From contig VXPQ01000038.1 in NCBI GenBank assembly GCA_009839485.1, forward strand, positions 9,153 through 73,152: a stretch of 64,000 nt of DNA, in the 5' to 3' direction. The notes under the pieces were generated by a model. The model had not been told where the DNA came from. It did not search any database and worked only from the letters and a program-made list of their open reading frames with translations. The translations under genes were made by a program, and so were the position numbers. Below, in pieces: positions 36,373 to 46,067 of this stretch. Each line of letters starts with the position of its first letter. Position 1 is the stretch's first letter. This DNA comes from Bacteroidetes bacterium SB0662_bin_6. GTDB lineage: Bacteria > Bacteroidota > Rhodothermia > Rhodothermales > VXPQ01.

Positions 36373-37761
36373 TTAGGGAAGGCTCACCTGCGGACCGAGA
36401 CCCCTGTCATACTGCTCCTTGTACGCGCGAACCGCCCTGAAGATAGCACTTGCCAGATAATCCTGCCCGCGTTCGCTTGCCAGAAACGCCGCTTCGGACC
36501 TATTGCTGATAAATCCCAATTCGACCAGCACGGCGGGCATGGAAGCGCCCCAGAGCACATAGAAACCGGCCTGCTTGACGCCCCGGTTCTTGCGCTTCAC
36601 CCGTTTCTCGAACTGATCCTGGATCAGCACGGCGAGTTCCTGGCTCTGTTGCATGTATGCACTTTGCGTAAGCGCCATGCGAATGAGGGCTTCCTCGGTC
36701 ATGTCCTCGTATTCCTGCTGGGAACTCTCCATCTTCACCACCTCGTTCTCCCGCTCCATCGTATTGCGGGCAGCATCGGTCTTGTGCAGGCCGATGAAAA
36801 AGGTTTCGGCGCCGCTCGCCGCCTTATTGCCCGCCGAATTCGCATGGATCGAAATGAAAAGCTTGCCCCCCCGCTCGTTGGCGATCCGCCCCCGATCCTT
36901 GAGTTCGATAAAGCGGTCGTCCTGACGCGTATACTCGACATTCACGCCAAGACGCTCCTCGAGGTACGCTCCGAGTTTCAGCGAAACGGCAAGGGCGATG
37001 TCTTTTTCGCGGAGGCCGTGTCCTTCCGCCCCCGGGTCCTTGCCGCCATGCCCAGCATCGATCACCACGGTGTCCAGAAGCCAATGCCCGCCCGCCGGAG
37101 CCGGTTCGCTTGACGGTAATACCGCTTCTCGCGTCAGGCCGGTCGTTCCTCCTCCGATAGCGGGCAACTGATTGGTGGAAGGCGTGGCCAGCAGCGATAC
37201 CGACCGAACGGGAATCTGCCGGACTTCCCTGTCCGCTTCACGGCGCGAAGCAATCCGCCCGGATGCATACGCAAGTCCTACAAGAATATCGTTGGAGCCT
37301 CCGTCGCGGTAGGTCGAGGCATCCACAGGCTGTCCGGCATCCAATGTAAACCGGAAAAACAGATGGCCTTCCTCTTCCTCCCCGGAATACCGGAGGACGG
37401 GCCCTGCGGCATCATCCCTCATGTGATCGGAGGAAAGCCGCGTATTGAAAAGAATCACCTCCAGTTGCCCGTCGGCAAGCATGCGTGGCTCGCTATAGGC
37501 AGCTACCGGGCCATCCGTATGAAATCGAATAACGTAGCCCTCGCCGTCGGATCGCTCGGTCAGCGAAACACGCTCCACCTGCGGGACGGCGCGAAGCGCA
37601 ATCGCGTTTGAGGAAGCAAGCGGGGCGCCGGCAGCCCCGCTTGCATGAGAAGCCGCCCCCACCGCAGAAGCGGCAAGAACGATTATGGCGCAAAACCGGA
37701 CCATTCCCCCTACGGGAAATCCGTTGCGCAAAAAAAAGCCCGAACGCAAACGATGCATCAT
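36373..37761 (-). CDS. N-acetylmuramoyl-L-alanine amidase (Amidase_3/AmiC-like) with N-terminal AMIN-like region
   Basis: Catalytic domain VVIDAGHGGKDPGA...FISIHANS...PAVLVELGFISN. The start is uncertain (alternative ATG at 37704). Confidence 0.85.
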   Translation of the reverse strand: MMHRLRSGFFLRNGFPVGGMVRFCAIIVLAASAVGAASHASGAAGAPLASSNAIALRAVPQVERVSLTERSDGEGYVIRFHTDGPVAAYSEPRMLADGQLEVILFNTRLSSDHMRDDAAGPVLRYSGEEEEGHLFFRFTLDAGQPVDASTYRDGGSNDILVGLAYASGRIASRREADREVRQIPVRSVSLLATPSTNQLPAIGGGTTGLTREAVLPSSEPAPAGGHWLLDTVVIDAGHGGKDPGAEGHGLREKDIALAVSLKLGAYLEERLGVNVEYTRQDDRFIELKDRGRIANERGGKLFISIHANSAGNKAASGAETFFIGLHKTDAARNTMERENEVVKMESSQQEYEDMTEEALIRMALTQSAYMQQSQELAVLIQDQFEKRVKRKNRGVKQAGFYVLWGASMPAVLVELGFISNRSEAAFLASERGQDYLASAIFRAVRAYKEQYDRGLGPQVSLP

Positions 37762-37892
37762 GGTTACGGAAACGGTCTAACAGGATCGCCTCCTCTGCAT
37801 CTTGCGCCGGCGAAAAGGGTGGGTGGTGGATAGGCAGAAAAGCAAATCGCAGCGCAAAACCCCACACTATCTATAAATATACAAAAAACTGT

Positions 37893-37928
37893 CGAAAAAG
37901 CATAGGGGGAGGCCTTGCGGCTCCCCCC
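37893..37928 (-). terminator. Intrinsic terminator downstream of 37949-38863
   Basis: The minus strand reads ggggggagccGCAAggcctccccc, a stem of about 9 bp with a GCAA tetraloop and one bulge. This is followed by tatgcttttt. Confidence 0.55.
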
Positions 37929-37948
37929 GGCCTTTCAAAAAAGCTACG

Positions 37949-38863
37949 TTACCAGTCCAGGGTATCGTTGCCCAGCAACTCCTGCAGGCGACGGTCCACG
38001 ATCTGATCGCCGAGGCGCTCGCGCTCGGAAACCGCCTTTTGCAACTCCTGCAGTTTCTCCTCGAGTTGCTCCACCTCGCGGCGGCGGTTCTCCTGCTTGA
38101 GTTCGAAAATCTCGGTCAGTCGTTCCCGCAATACCGCTATGCTGTCCCGGCGCGCCTTCCCCTCCTCCATCGCAGCGAGCTTGCGAGCCATGTTCACCGT
38201 CTCATGCTCCATGCGCCGCTCGCTCATCAACCGGTCGAAAAGCCCCCTGTCGTTGTCCTGTATGTCCGAGAGATAGTGCTGCATCTGAATATGCGGAAAC
38301 TCGCTCGCCGTACGGGCCGCTTCCGCCGCGTGCATCGTCATTTCCTCCAGCATTTGCTGCAATTCGTTCGTCTGCGATTCATCAAAACGATGTTGCAGGT
38401 CCTGGAGACGCCTCGCTTGTTCGCGCAGGTCGTCGGCCTTCCGCGCCAGAATGGCTTCGGGCGGTGCGGTAACGATAAACAAAGTGGCGTCCGCTTCCAT
38501 GTCTGCACAAGCCCCATCCAGCAAAATGCATTCGAAATCGCCCATGTGGGTTTTCAACCACAGACTGTCCCCTTCCAGAGTATACCGCCGCCCGTCTTGC
38601 AGTTGAATAATCAGGTTCTCGTCAGAAGAAGACATAGTATAATTCACGGAAGCGCCTTTCGGCGGGAAGTCTTCCGGCAGTTTTTCGGGTGGAATTTGCC
38701 GCCCATTTATGGACACCACGCCATCCTGGATGTTAAAGGAACGAAGCGTCGGGTCATCGCCTCGAAGCGAATCCGGTTGCTGCGCCGCCGCCGTTCCGGC
38801 AGCAAGAATCAGGATCGGCAGGGCAAGCAACCAGCCTTTGAAGTACAGGGAAAGAGAGGTCAT
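37949..38863 (-). CDS. Secreted coiled-coil protein, third gene of the ECF sigma cluster
   Basis: Has a signal peptide. The C-terminal half is heptad-rich and charged (EIFELKQENRRREVEQLEEKLQELQKAV), reminiscent of Spy/CpxP-like periplasmic proteins. Confidence 0.55.
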   Translation of the reverse strand: MTSLSLYFKGWLLALPILILAAGTAAAQQPDSLRGDDPTLRSFNIQDGVVSINGRQIPPEKLPEDFPPKGASVNYTMSSSDENLIIQLQDGRRYTLEGDSLWLKTHMGDFECILLDGACADMEADATLFIVTAPPEAILARKADDLREQARRLQDLQHRFDESQTNELQQMLEEMTMHAAEAARTASEFPHIQMQHYLSDIQDNDRGLFDRLMSERRMEHETVNMARKLAAMEEGKARRDSIAVLRERLTEIFELKQENRRREVEQLEEKLQELQKAVSERERLGDQIVDRRLQELLGNDTLDW

Positions 38864-38940
38864 GGCTTTACGGTATTGGTTGAGCAGGGTGCGTTACCTC
38901 CAGTTTCCAGTAATGAATAGCATAGTTCCGACGCACATCG

Positions 38941-39798
38941 TCAGCGGCGTTCCGAGGCGGGCGTCAACCCGGTATTCCCCGATCCGGCAGGGAGCATCTC
39001 AAGAGGCACCGCGGGCGTTTCCCAGCCCGTGGCCACCCCATCGCCGATACTCCGGATGCGCTGTTGCAGGGATATGACATCGCTCTGGTCGTCCCAGGCC
39101 GGTATTTCCACCAAAATGAATCCCGGCTGGGCCAGCGTGCCGTCCTCGGCCTGTTCGGACGCAGCAGCAGCCGATTGCAGCGGTCCGGCAGCATCAGCGG
39201 ACGATGCGCCCGCAAGAACCGTTGGAGAGGGAGCTTCCACTGCTGTTTCCGAGGGCGGGGCGCCGGCAGAAGCCGGAAGATCAGGAGAAGGGGCCGCAGC
39301 GAGCCCCGCATTCCCGGGCTGTACATCCGCCCCACGATCCTCAGCCTCTCCGGCTGGAGAAAGCGTTTCGGGAGAAGCTTCGGCGGGGACTGCTTCCGTA
39401 GATACGGATGCATCGGGACGGAGCGCTACCGGTTCGGAATCGGTCAGAGCCGGAGCAAATACATCCGCCCGAAACAATCCGACAATCGCGACCACCGCCA
39501 GCATCGCGGCGATGGCTCCGCCTGCAATACGTCTCGGCAACCGCCACACCACTCGTTTACGGGACAGGGCAGGGCGATTTTGTCGGGCGCCAGCGGGCTG
39601 GGCAGACTGTGCTGCCGCTTGCAGTACAGCCTCTACGGCCTCCGGATCGGGCCGTGCGGACCGGATCGCGGATCGCGCATCCAGCCAGTCCTTCATTTCG
39701 CGCAGGGAAGCGGCCTCTTCCGTATTCCCGGAGCCGGGATCCGAGGGCTTCCCCGAACCCTCGTACAGTTCGAGAAGCCAGGCGTCTTTCTTGTCCAT
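38941..39798 (-). CDS. Putative anti-sigma / membrane-anchored Pro-Ala-rich protein
   Basis: Start trimmed to the ATG at 39798 (MDKKDAWLLELYEG), 14 nt after the sigma gene stop. It has one TM segment (IAGGAIAAMLAVVAIVGLF) followed by a low-complexity periplasmic region. Confidence 0.55.
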   Translation of the reverse strand: MDKKDAWLLELYEGSGKPSDPGSGNTEEAASLREMKDWLDARSAIRSARPDPEAVEAVLQAAAQSAQPAGARQNRPALSRKRVVWRLPRRIAGGAIAAMLAVVAIVGLFRADVFAPALTDSEPVALRPDASVSTEAVPAEASPETLSPAGEAEDRGADVQPGNAGLAAAPSPDLPASAGAPPSETAVEAPSPTVLAGASSADAAGPLQSAAAASEQAEDGTLAQPGFILVEIPAWDDQSDVISLQQRIRSIGDGVATGWETPAVPLEMLPAGSGNTGLTPASERR

Positions 39799-39812
39799 AC
39801 CGGTTCGTTGTA

Positions 39813-40418
39813 TCAGGTGGTTCGTATTCCGTCGGCCTCCTCGCCGAGTTCTATCCGTATCATCTTTTGCAGGTTGAGAAGCGCATAACGCATCCGCCCC
39901 AGTGCTGTATTTATGGATACATTCGTAAGCTCCGCAATCTCCCGGAACGTCATACCGGTTTCGTGACGCAGCAGCAGTACCTCGCGCTGCTCGCCCGGCA
40001 ACCGTTCGATGCATTGCTCCATAATGTCAATCCGGTGGCGCAGGTCCACCTGCTCGTCAGCAGGCGCCGGTGTACCCGGCAACCGGTCCCAAAAGGAGCC
40101 GTCCTGCGCATCGTTCGTTTCCACATCGGTCCATTTTTTCCGCTCGCGCATATGGTCGAAGACCGCATTGCGGGCAATGCGCATCACCCAGGCCAGCCAT
40201 TTGCCCTGCGACGCGTACGATCCGCGTTCCTTCTTCATCGCGCGGATCGCGCGAAAGAAGGTTTCCTGAAACAGGTCGTTCGCTACGTCCCGATCACGTA
40301 CCATACCCATCACATAGCCGAATATGCGCTCCTTATGCCGTTCCACCAACTGGCGGAACGCCTCCTGATCGTCTTCTTCAATGTATGCGACCGCAAGGGC
40401 CTCATCCGTACGATGCAT
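39813..40418 (-). CDS. RNA polymerase ECF-type sigma-70 factor
   Basis: Region 2 FRQLVERHKERIFGYVMGMVRDRDVANDLFQETFFRA and region 4 HTH REVLLLRHETGMTFREIAELTNVSINTALGRMRYAL. Confidence 0.9.
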   Translation of the reverse strand: MHRTDEALAVAYIEEDDQEAFRQLVERHKERIFGYVMGMVRDRDVANDLFQETFFRAIRAMKKERGSYASQGKWLAWVMRIARNAVFDHMRERKKWTDVETNDAQDGSFWDRLPGTPAPADEQVDLRHRIDIMEQCIERLPGEQREVLLLRHETGMTFREIAELTNVSINTALGRMRYALLNLQKMIRIELGEEADGIRTT

Positions 40419-40766
40419 TCGGAATGACGGAACGGACGGGATGCAGAAAAACTATCCTGTTCCAGCCGCGCAATCCTTACAGAGAACCAATTTCCTTTGC
40501 AAGAACGGGGCAGGAGCGGAATTATTGTATCACAAGCGGATTAGGCGGATAGTCTGATTGAAACCGCCCGCTGCCGGGAAAGATCGATCCGGGAGACAAG
40601 GAACCATTCGGGCGTTATTTTCATAAGGATTTGGTTGCCGAAGACAGTCGCAAAGGCAGATTCCCGTTCGAAAACGCCACGCGACATGCCGTGCGCAGCG
40701 GCATCACTACCCATTACTCCCCGTACCGCTACCGCCACCTTCTTCGTTCGATTTCCGCCGCGCACG

Positions 40767-41528
40767 ATGACGTACACGCTTACCTGGTTTCTGCGTCCCT
40801 TCACCATCCTGGGGAGATATTCGCTATTGATCTTCCAGGCGTTTGTATCGCCGGACGATTTTCGCACGTACCGCAAGAACATCTTCGACCAGATGATGCG
40901 CATCGGCGTGGAATCCATCCCCATCGTTGCGCTGGCCGCCGCTTTTTCCGGCGCCGTGACCACGGTACAGGTGTCTTACCAGCTCGTTTCGGTCTTCCTG
41001 CCCGCCACCGTCATCGGATCGGTCGTGGCGCCCTCCATGATTCTGGAGCTCGGGCCTGTAGTCACGGGATTCATCCTGGCAGGGCGCGTCGGCGCGCGCA
41101 TTGCCGCCGAACTGGGGACCATGCGCGTCACGGAGCAGATCGACGCCCTCGAGGCAATGGGTCTCAACTCAATAAGCTACCTCATCGCGCCCCGGATCCT
41201 CGCGGGCATCATCATGTTTCCGATGCTCTACGTGGCGGCCTGCGCCATCGGCATCGGAGGCGGTATCGCCGTAGCCAACCTCGGCGGTTATCTGACCACG
41301 CAGGAATTCGTACAGGGCGCCCGGGACTTCTTTCGTCCATTCGATCCGTACTTCGGCTTGAGCAAGGCATTCGTTTTCGGATTTATCATTACCTCCGTAT
41401 CCTGTTATATGGGGTATTTTACGGCCGGCGGCGCCGAGGGCGTCGGCAAAAGCACCACGCAGGCGGCCGTGATGAGTTGCGTTTTTATTCTCATTGCAGA
41501 CCTGGTCCTCGCCGTCACGCTGCTGTAA
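40767..41528 (+). CDS. mlaE: MlaE-family ABC transporter permease
   Basis: The start at ATG 40767 gives about 253 aa. Contains GVESIPIVALAAAFSGAVTTVQ and RVTEQIDALEAMGLN, the conserved MlaE motif. Confidence 0.82.
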   Translation: MTYTLTWFLRPFTILGRYSLLIFQAFVSPDDFRTYRKNIFDQMMRIGVESIPIVALAAAFSGAVTTVQVSYQLVSVFLPATVIGSVVAPSMILELGPVVTGFILAGRVGARIAAELGTMRVTEQIDALEAMGLNSISYLIAPRILAGIIMFPMLYVAACAIGIGGGIAVANLGGYLTTQEFVQGARDFFRPFDPYFGLSKAFVFGFIITSVSCYMGYFTAGGAEGVGKSTTQAAVMSCVFILIADLVLAVTLL

Positions 41529-41543
41529 AGGCTTTCACGCGCC

Positions 41544-42317
41544 ATGATCCGGCTCGAACATATCACCAAGCAGTTCAACAATACCGTCGTGCTTCGCGAC
41601 GTTTCCCTCGACATTCCCGAGGGAGAAACGCTGGCGGTCATCGGCCGGTCGGGTTCCGGTAAAAGCGTACTCATCAAACATGCGGTGGGCCTGCTCACAC
41701 CCGACGAGGGGCGCGTGCTTGTGGACGGCGCCAATATCCATGAGGTGTCCTACAAGGAGTTGCGGCGTATCCGACGCAAGTTCGGTGTGCTGTTTCAGGG
41801 TGGAGCGCTGTTTGATTCGATGTCCGCTTTCGAGAACATTGCTTTTCCGCTGCGCACCTTCACAGGAAAATCCGATGAGGCTATCCGGAGCCGCGTCGAA
41901 GAGTGCCTCGACATGGTGCAATTGCCCGATATCGATAAAAAAATGCCGTCCGAACTGTCGGGAGGCATGCAGAAGCGCGTAGCACTGGCCCGGGCCATTG
42001 CACTGGAACCCAAATACATCATATACGACGAGCCGACGAGCGGCCTCGACCCTGCAACGTCCAACCGTATCGATGAGCTCATTCTGTCACTGAATGAGAA
42101 GTTGCGCGTAACCAGTATCGTGATAACGCACGACATGCATTCGGTACTTGCCATTGCTGACCGGGTCGCCTTTATCCATCAGGCCCGGATCGCCTGGACC
42201 GGAACTGTAGACGATATCCACCGAAGCGATCACGAATCTCTGCTTGATTTCGTCCGGGCCAACGAATACGTGATCGGAGAACAGACTTCCGCATCGGAAG
42301 TATCCCTGCATCCCTAA
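41544..42317 (+). CDS. mlaF: MlaF-like ABC transporter ATP-binding protein
   Basis: Walker A GRSGSGKS, signature LSGGMQKRVALARA, Walker B IIYDEPTSGLD. Confidence 0.88.
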   Translation: MIRLEHITKQFNNTVVLRDVSLDIPEGETLAVIGRSGSGKSVLIKHAVGLLTPDEGRVLVDGANIHEVSYKELRRIRRKFGVLFQGGALFDSMSAFENIAFPLRTFTGKSDEAIRSRVEECLDMVQLPDIDKKMPSELSGGMQKRVALARAIALEPKYIIYDEPTSGLDPATSNRIDELILSLNEKLRVTSIVITHDMHSVLAIADRVAFIHQARIAWTGTVDDIHRSDHESLLDFVRANEYVIGEQTSASEVSLHP

Positions 42318-42320
42318 CGA

Positions 42321-43262
42321 ATGTCCATCCCTGTGAAGTACTCCAAAGAACTGATCGTCGGTCTGAGCCTCGCCGCTGCGGTGGTTGTTTTTGCACTGGG
42401 CATCCGTTTCCTGCAGGATGTGCCGCTTTTCCGCAGCACGTACGTACTCTACACCCATTTCGAATCGGCCGGTGAGCTTTCAGGAAGCAGCTCCGTACGC
42501 ATCAATGGGGTCAATGTGGGCACGGTGGGAAATGTCCGGCTGGACACGGATAATCGGGTGCGCGTCCGGTTGCACCTCGATGACAGTATCCATATCCCGG
42601 AGGGATCCCATGCCGAAATTGGCGGCATTTCCGCCTTGGGTAATAATTATGTGGTTATTTTCCCCGGCCCTCCGGGCAACCCGCCGATAGCCGACGGCGG
42701 ATACATCGAGGGTATCAGTGCGCCGGATGCCTTTGAAGCGGTGACGGAACGAAGTGTCCGCCTTACCGAAAATGTCGAGGAAGCCCTGGCGAACGCAAAC
42801 CTCCTCCTTGAAGATACCGGCCTCCTGATCGGGGAAACCGGCGCCGATATCCGTCCGACGCTCCGGGCTTTGCGAGAAGTCACGGATGCCCTGGCCCGCA
42901 CGCTGCGCGAGGAACAGGAATCCGTAAGAGAGATCATCAGCAACGTCGAGACCGTTTCAGAGGACCTTTCCAGAATCTCGGGCGCCAGTGCGGACACACT
43001 GGCTCAGACGCTGCAACGCCTCGACCATATAGCGATGTATCTCGAAAATTCTCTGGAAACGCTCGAAGGCACCACGCACAACCTGGACGAGATTCTGGAT
43101 AAAATCAATAACGGCGACGGCACAATAGCCCGGCTGCTGAACGATCCGACCTTGTACATCCAGATGGGCTCCACGCTCGGGGCGCTCGACGCCCTGCTGA
43201 AAGACCTGCAGGAGAATCCTCGCAAGTATTTGCGGCACATGGACATTGTGGACGTTTTTTAG
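42321..43262 (+). CDS. mlaD: MCE/MlaD family protein
   Basis: N-terminal TM followed by an MCE domain (VRINGVNVGTVGNVRL). A long helical C-terminal region follows. Third gene of the mla-like operon. Confidence 0.8.
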   Translation: MSIPVKYSKELIVGLSLAAAVVVFALGIRFLQDVPLFRSTYVLYTHFESAGELSGSSSVRINGVNVGTVGNVRLDTDNRVRVRLHLDDSIHIPEGSHAEIGGISALGNNYVVIFPGPPGNPPIADGGYIEGISAPDAFEAVTERSVRLTENVEEALANANLLLEDTGLLIGETGADIRPTLRALREVTDALARTLREEQESVREIISNVETVSEDLSRISGASADTLAQTLQRLDHIAMYLENSLETLEGTTHNLDEILDKINNGDGTIARLLNDPTLYIQMGSTLGALDALLKDLQENPRKYLRHMDIVDVF

Positions 43263-43370
43263 CGGAAGGCACACCCGGAAGACAAGATTCTCCTCTTCCT
43301 GTTCTCACGCGCCGACGCCGCCGTTTTTATTTTTGGCGCCACACCACACCAGAGTCTTCGTACTTATCCG

Positions 43371-44531
43371 ATGCTGATTGAATACATCCGGCGCCACCTG
43401 CCCGCTCTTCCTGCGCCAGATCGCACGGAATTCGAACCCGCACGCCAGGAACGAGGCCGTATGCTGTCGCTTGTACTGCTTCTGCTGCGCAGCGTACCGC
43501 CGTTGCTCCTCGCTGCGTTCGTCTTCAGTTTCTGGTGGGATGTGCCGGTTGGCGACCGCACGTACTTCGGCATAACGTACCGCTTCGAAAACCTCCTCCG
43601 CATCATCTCCGTGAGCGGGTTGATCGGGTACCTCACGAACTGGCTGGCCATCACCATGCTGTTCCACCCGAGGCGGAGGCGCCCCCTGCTGGGACAAGGT
43701 CTCATTCCTGCGCAACGGGAACGCGTGATATACCGGCTGGCGAAGACCGTCTCCGAAGAACTCATCAACGAAGAAATTATCAAGGAAAAGATCGAGGCGT
43801 CGGGACTCCTCCGGAAATACCGGGAAACGGCCTTCCTGGTCACGCGCAACATCGTCGAGGACCCTGAGTTCCGGCACGAACTGAAGACATTTGTATCCCG
43901 CTACGTCAACGAGGCGCTCTCCTCACCGGAAGTACGCGATCAGATCGTAACCTTCATGGAAGACAAACTCCGGCTCCTGGCCGGCAGAGGCGTGGCGGGC
44001 CTTGCGCTGCGCAGCTGGCGTTTCTGGAATCAGGACGATTTCCGGCGGCGGCTGGAAGAAATAGTCAAGGAAATTCCTGCCTCGATGGATACGATCCTGG
44101 ACGAACTGGACCCCGTACTTGATCAACTGCCGGACAAAATCGAGGCCCGTGCCGAAGACATCGAGAACTGGTCTGCGCGCATTGTACTCGGGTTTATTGA
44201 ACGGCTCGACGTCTACGGCATCGTCGTGTCGAACATGCAGAAGTACAATGAAGACAAACTGGAGGCGCTCATTCTGAACGCTTCCAACGAACAACTCCGA
44301 TACATCAAATATCTCGGGGGCGTGCTCGGCACCGCGGGCGGGCTGGTGATCTGGGAGCCGTTCACAACCCTGATATTGTTCGTGGCCGGAGGAGGCTCCA
44401 TCTATGCCCTGGACAGCCTGCTACTGAGTCGATCCCGCGCTCGAGCGCGCCGGCGCGCCGGAAAGAGACTCGACGGAAACGCCCCGAACCGTCCGGGGCA
44501 GGACGGAACGAACGGGGACCTTCCTGCGTGA
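43371..44531 (+). CDS. DUF445 family membrane protein
   Basis: GLIGYLTNWLAITMLFHPRRRRPLLGQGLIPAQRERV matches the DUF445 N-terminal signature. The C-terminal motif LRYIKYLGGVLGTAGG is also present. Confidence 0.7.
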   Translation: MLIEYIRRHLPALPAPDRTEFEPARQERGRMLSLVLLLLRSVPPLLLAAFVFSFWWDVPVGDRTYFGITYRFENLLRIISVSGLIGYLTNWLAITMLFHPRRRRPLLGQGLIPAQRERVIYRLAKTVSEELINEEIIKEKIEASGLLRKYRETAFLVTRNIVEDPEFRHELKTFVSRYVNEALSSPEVRDQIVTFMEDKLRLLAGRGVAGLALRSWRFWNQDDFRRRLEEIVKEIPASMDTILDELDPVLDQLPDKIEARAEDIENWSARIVLGFIERLDVYGIVVSNMQKYNEDKLEALILNASNEQLRYIKYLGGVLGTAGGLVIWEPFTTLILFVAGGGSIYALDSLLLSRSRARARRRAGKRLDGNAPNRPGQDGTNGDLPA

Positions 44532-45533
44532 CGCAAGGGACCGGACAGGCACCCGGACATACGGCGTGCGCTCTTCGAAATTCAGAAGCGTTTCGAGCGT
44601 GTCCTCCATGGTGTTCTGCTCCATAAGTGCCGTACGCAGCGCGCCTGCATTCCGGAATCCCTTGAAATAGCCTCCGTAATGCCGCCGCATCTCAAGCACT
44701 CCCTTCCTCTCGCCCAGCCATTCGCATTTCAACGCAAGATGCTCGGCTACCACGGCGAGACGCTCCTCCCATGTGGGCGGATCCATCTTCTCGCCCGTTT
44801 CCAGCCAGGACTTCGTTTCCCGGAAAATCCATGGGTTGCCGATCGCGCCGCGCCCGATCATCACGGCATCCACCCCCGTCTCGGCGAACATATCCCGTAT
44901 TCTGACCGGATCGGTGGCGTCTCCGTTTCCGATGAGCGGAATGTCCCGGACACCCTCCTCCCGGATACGGCGCAGCCACTCCCAGCGGGCTTCGCCCCGG
45001 TACATCTGACTGCGCGTACGGGCATGCACCGCCAGTGCAGCAATACCGGCTTCCTCCAGCATGCGCGCCACTTCTATGATCCGGATAGAGTCGTCATTCC
45101 AGCCCAGGCGCGTCTTGACCGTCACAGGCCGCGTGGCGCCCTCGATCACCGCCTCGGTGATCTGCAGCATTTTTGGCAGATTGCGCAGAATCCCGGCCCC
45201 GCCGTCCTTGCATACCACCTTGCGCACCGGGCATCCGAAATTGATATCGATCAGGTCCGGATTGGACCGGTCCACGACAGATACCGCTTCCCGCACCTGT
45301 TCGACATCGCCGCCGAACAACTGTATGCCGACCGGTCGCTCCTCTTCATAGATATCCAGCTTTTGCAGGGAATCCCTGGCGTCGTAGACCAATCCCCCGC
45401 TGGAGATAAACTCGGTGTAGAGCAAATCCGCCCCGTACCGCTTGCACAGGATGCGAAACGGCGGATCGCTCACATCCTCCATAGGCGCAAGAAACAGGGG
45501 ATACCTGCCGAATTCGAGAGAACCGATGCGCAT
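44421..45533 (-). CDS. tRNA-dihydrouridine synthase (DusB-like)
   Basis: The start at ATG 45533 gives MRIGSLEFGRYPLFLAPMEDVSDPPFR. Contains INFGCP and RGAIGNPWIF. The basic low-complexity C-terminal tail overlaps the convergent DUF445 gene. Confidence 0.85.
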   Translation of the reverse strand: MRIGSLEFGRYPLFLAPMEDVSDPPFRILCKRYGADLLYTEFISSGGLVYDARDSLQKLDIYEEERPVGIQLFGGDVEQVREAVSVVDRSNPDLIDINFGCPVRKVVCKDGGAGILRNLPKMLQITEAVIEGATRPVTVKTRLGWNDDSIRIIEVARMLEEAGIAALAVHARTRSQMYRGEARWEWLRRIREEGVRDIPLIGNGDATDPVRIRDMFAETGVDAVMIGRGAIGNPWIFRETKSWLETGEKMDPPTWEERLAVVAEHLALKCEWLGERKGVLEMRRHYGGYFKGFRNAGALRTALMEQNTMEDTLETLLNFEERTPYVRVPVRSLASRRKVPVRSVLPRTVRGVSVESLSGAPARSSAGSTQ

Positions 45534-45750
45534 GGTCAGGCGGAAAAAGGAAAAGGATCGAGCCTTCGACAGCGAAAAACAGGAAATACCGGCCGAAGAT
45601 TTTCTCGCAAAAACGTAACCGGACCGCATGCGTTCCCGTAGCACAAGCGTAAGGCCGGCTTTTTATCCGGGCAAAAACCCGCATAGCGCCCTGTTACCCG
45701 GAAAGCTTTTTTGCCGAAACACTCCCTTGAAATTCCTATTTCCCCACGCC

Positions 45751-46035
45751 ATGCATAACCCCGCGCGCCGCCCGATCCCGCTTGCAGCCTCTGCACCGCT
45801 TGCGCTCGCCGCAACCCTTTTCCTTGCCGGATGCGGCCCGAATCTATTCGAACGCGCCGGTAATTTCGGATCACTGACGTGTTTCGGGGTCATCATCGTC
45901 ATCCTCAACATCATCGCGCTGGTCGAATTGATCGGCAGTTCAAAATCCGTCGGCAACAAGGTGGGATGGGCCCTCGTTATCATTTTCTTCCCGGTGCTGG
46001 GCTGTGTGTTGTATTTTGTCTTCGGACGGTCGTAG
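45751..46035 (+). CDS. PLDc_N-domain small membrane lipoprotein
   Basis: Lipobox LFLAGCG. The sequence VIIVILNIIALVELIGSSKSVGNKVGWALVIIFFPVLGCVLYFVFGR is typical of the PLD-nuclease N-terminal (PF13396-like) family. Confidence 0.65.
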   Translation: MHNPARRPIPLAASAPLALAATLFLAGCGPNLFERAGNFGSLTCFGVIIVILNIIALVELIGSSKSVGNKVGWALVIIFFPVLGCVLYFVFGRS

Positions 46036-46067
46036 GCACCTGATCCGACGCCCCTTGCCGAAGACGT

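Noticed and set aside
39799-40014. N-terminal extension of ORF 38941-40014
   Set aside because: It would overlap the 3' end of the ECF sigma gene by about 200 nt. The internal ATG at 39798, 14 nt after the sigma stop, gives a sensible start.
36253-40427. Several 280-340-aa + strand ORFs (36253-37113, 38039-38920, 39029-39877, 39408-40427)
   Set aside because: Each is antisense to a minus-strand gene with a recognisable domain or signal (amidase, coiled-coil protein, anti-sigma-like protein, ECF sigma). Their compositions are typical of shadow ORFs.
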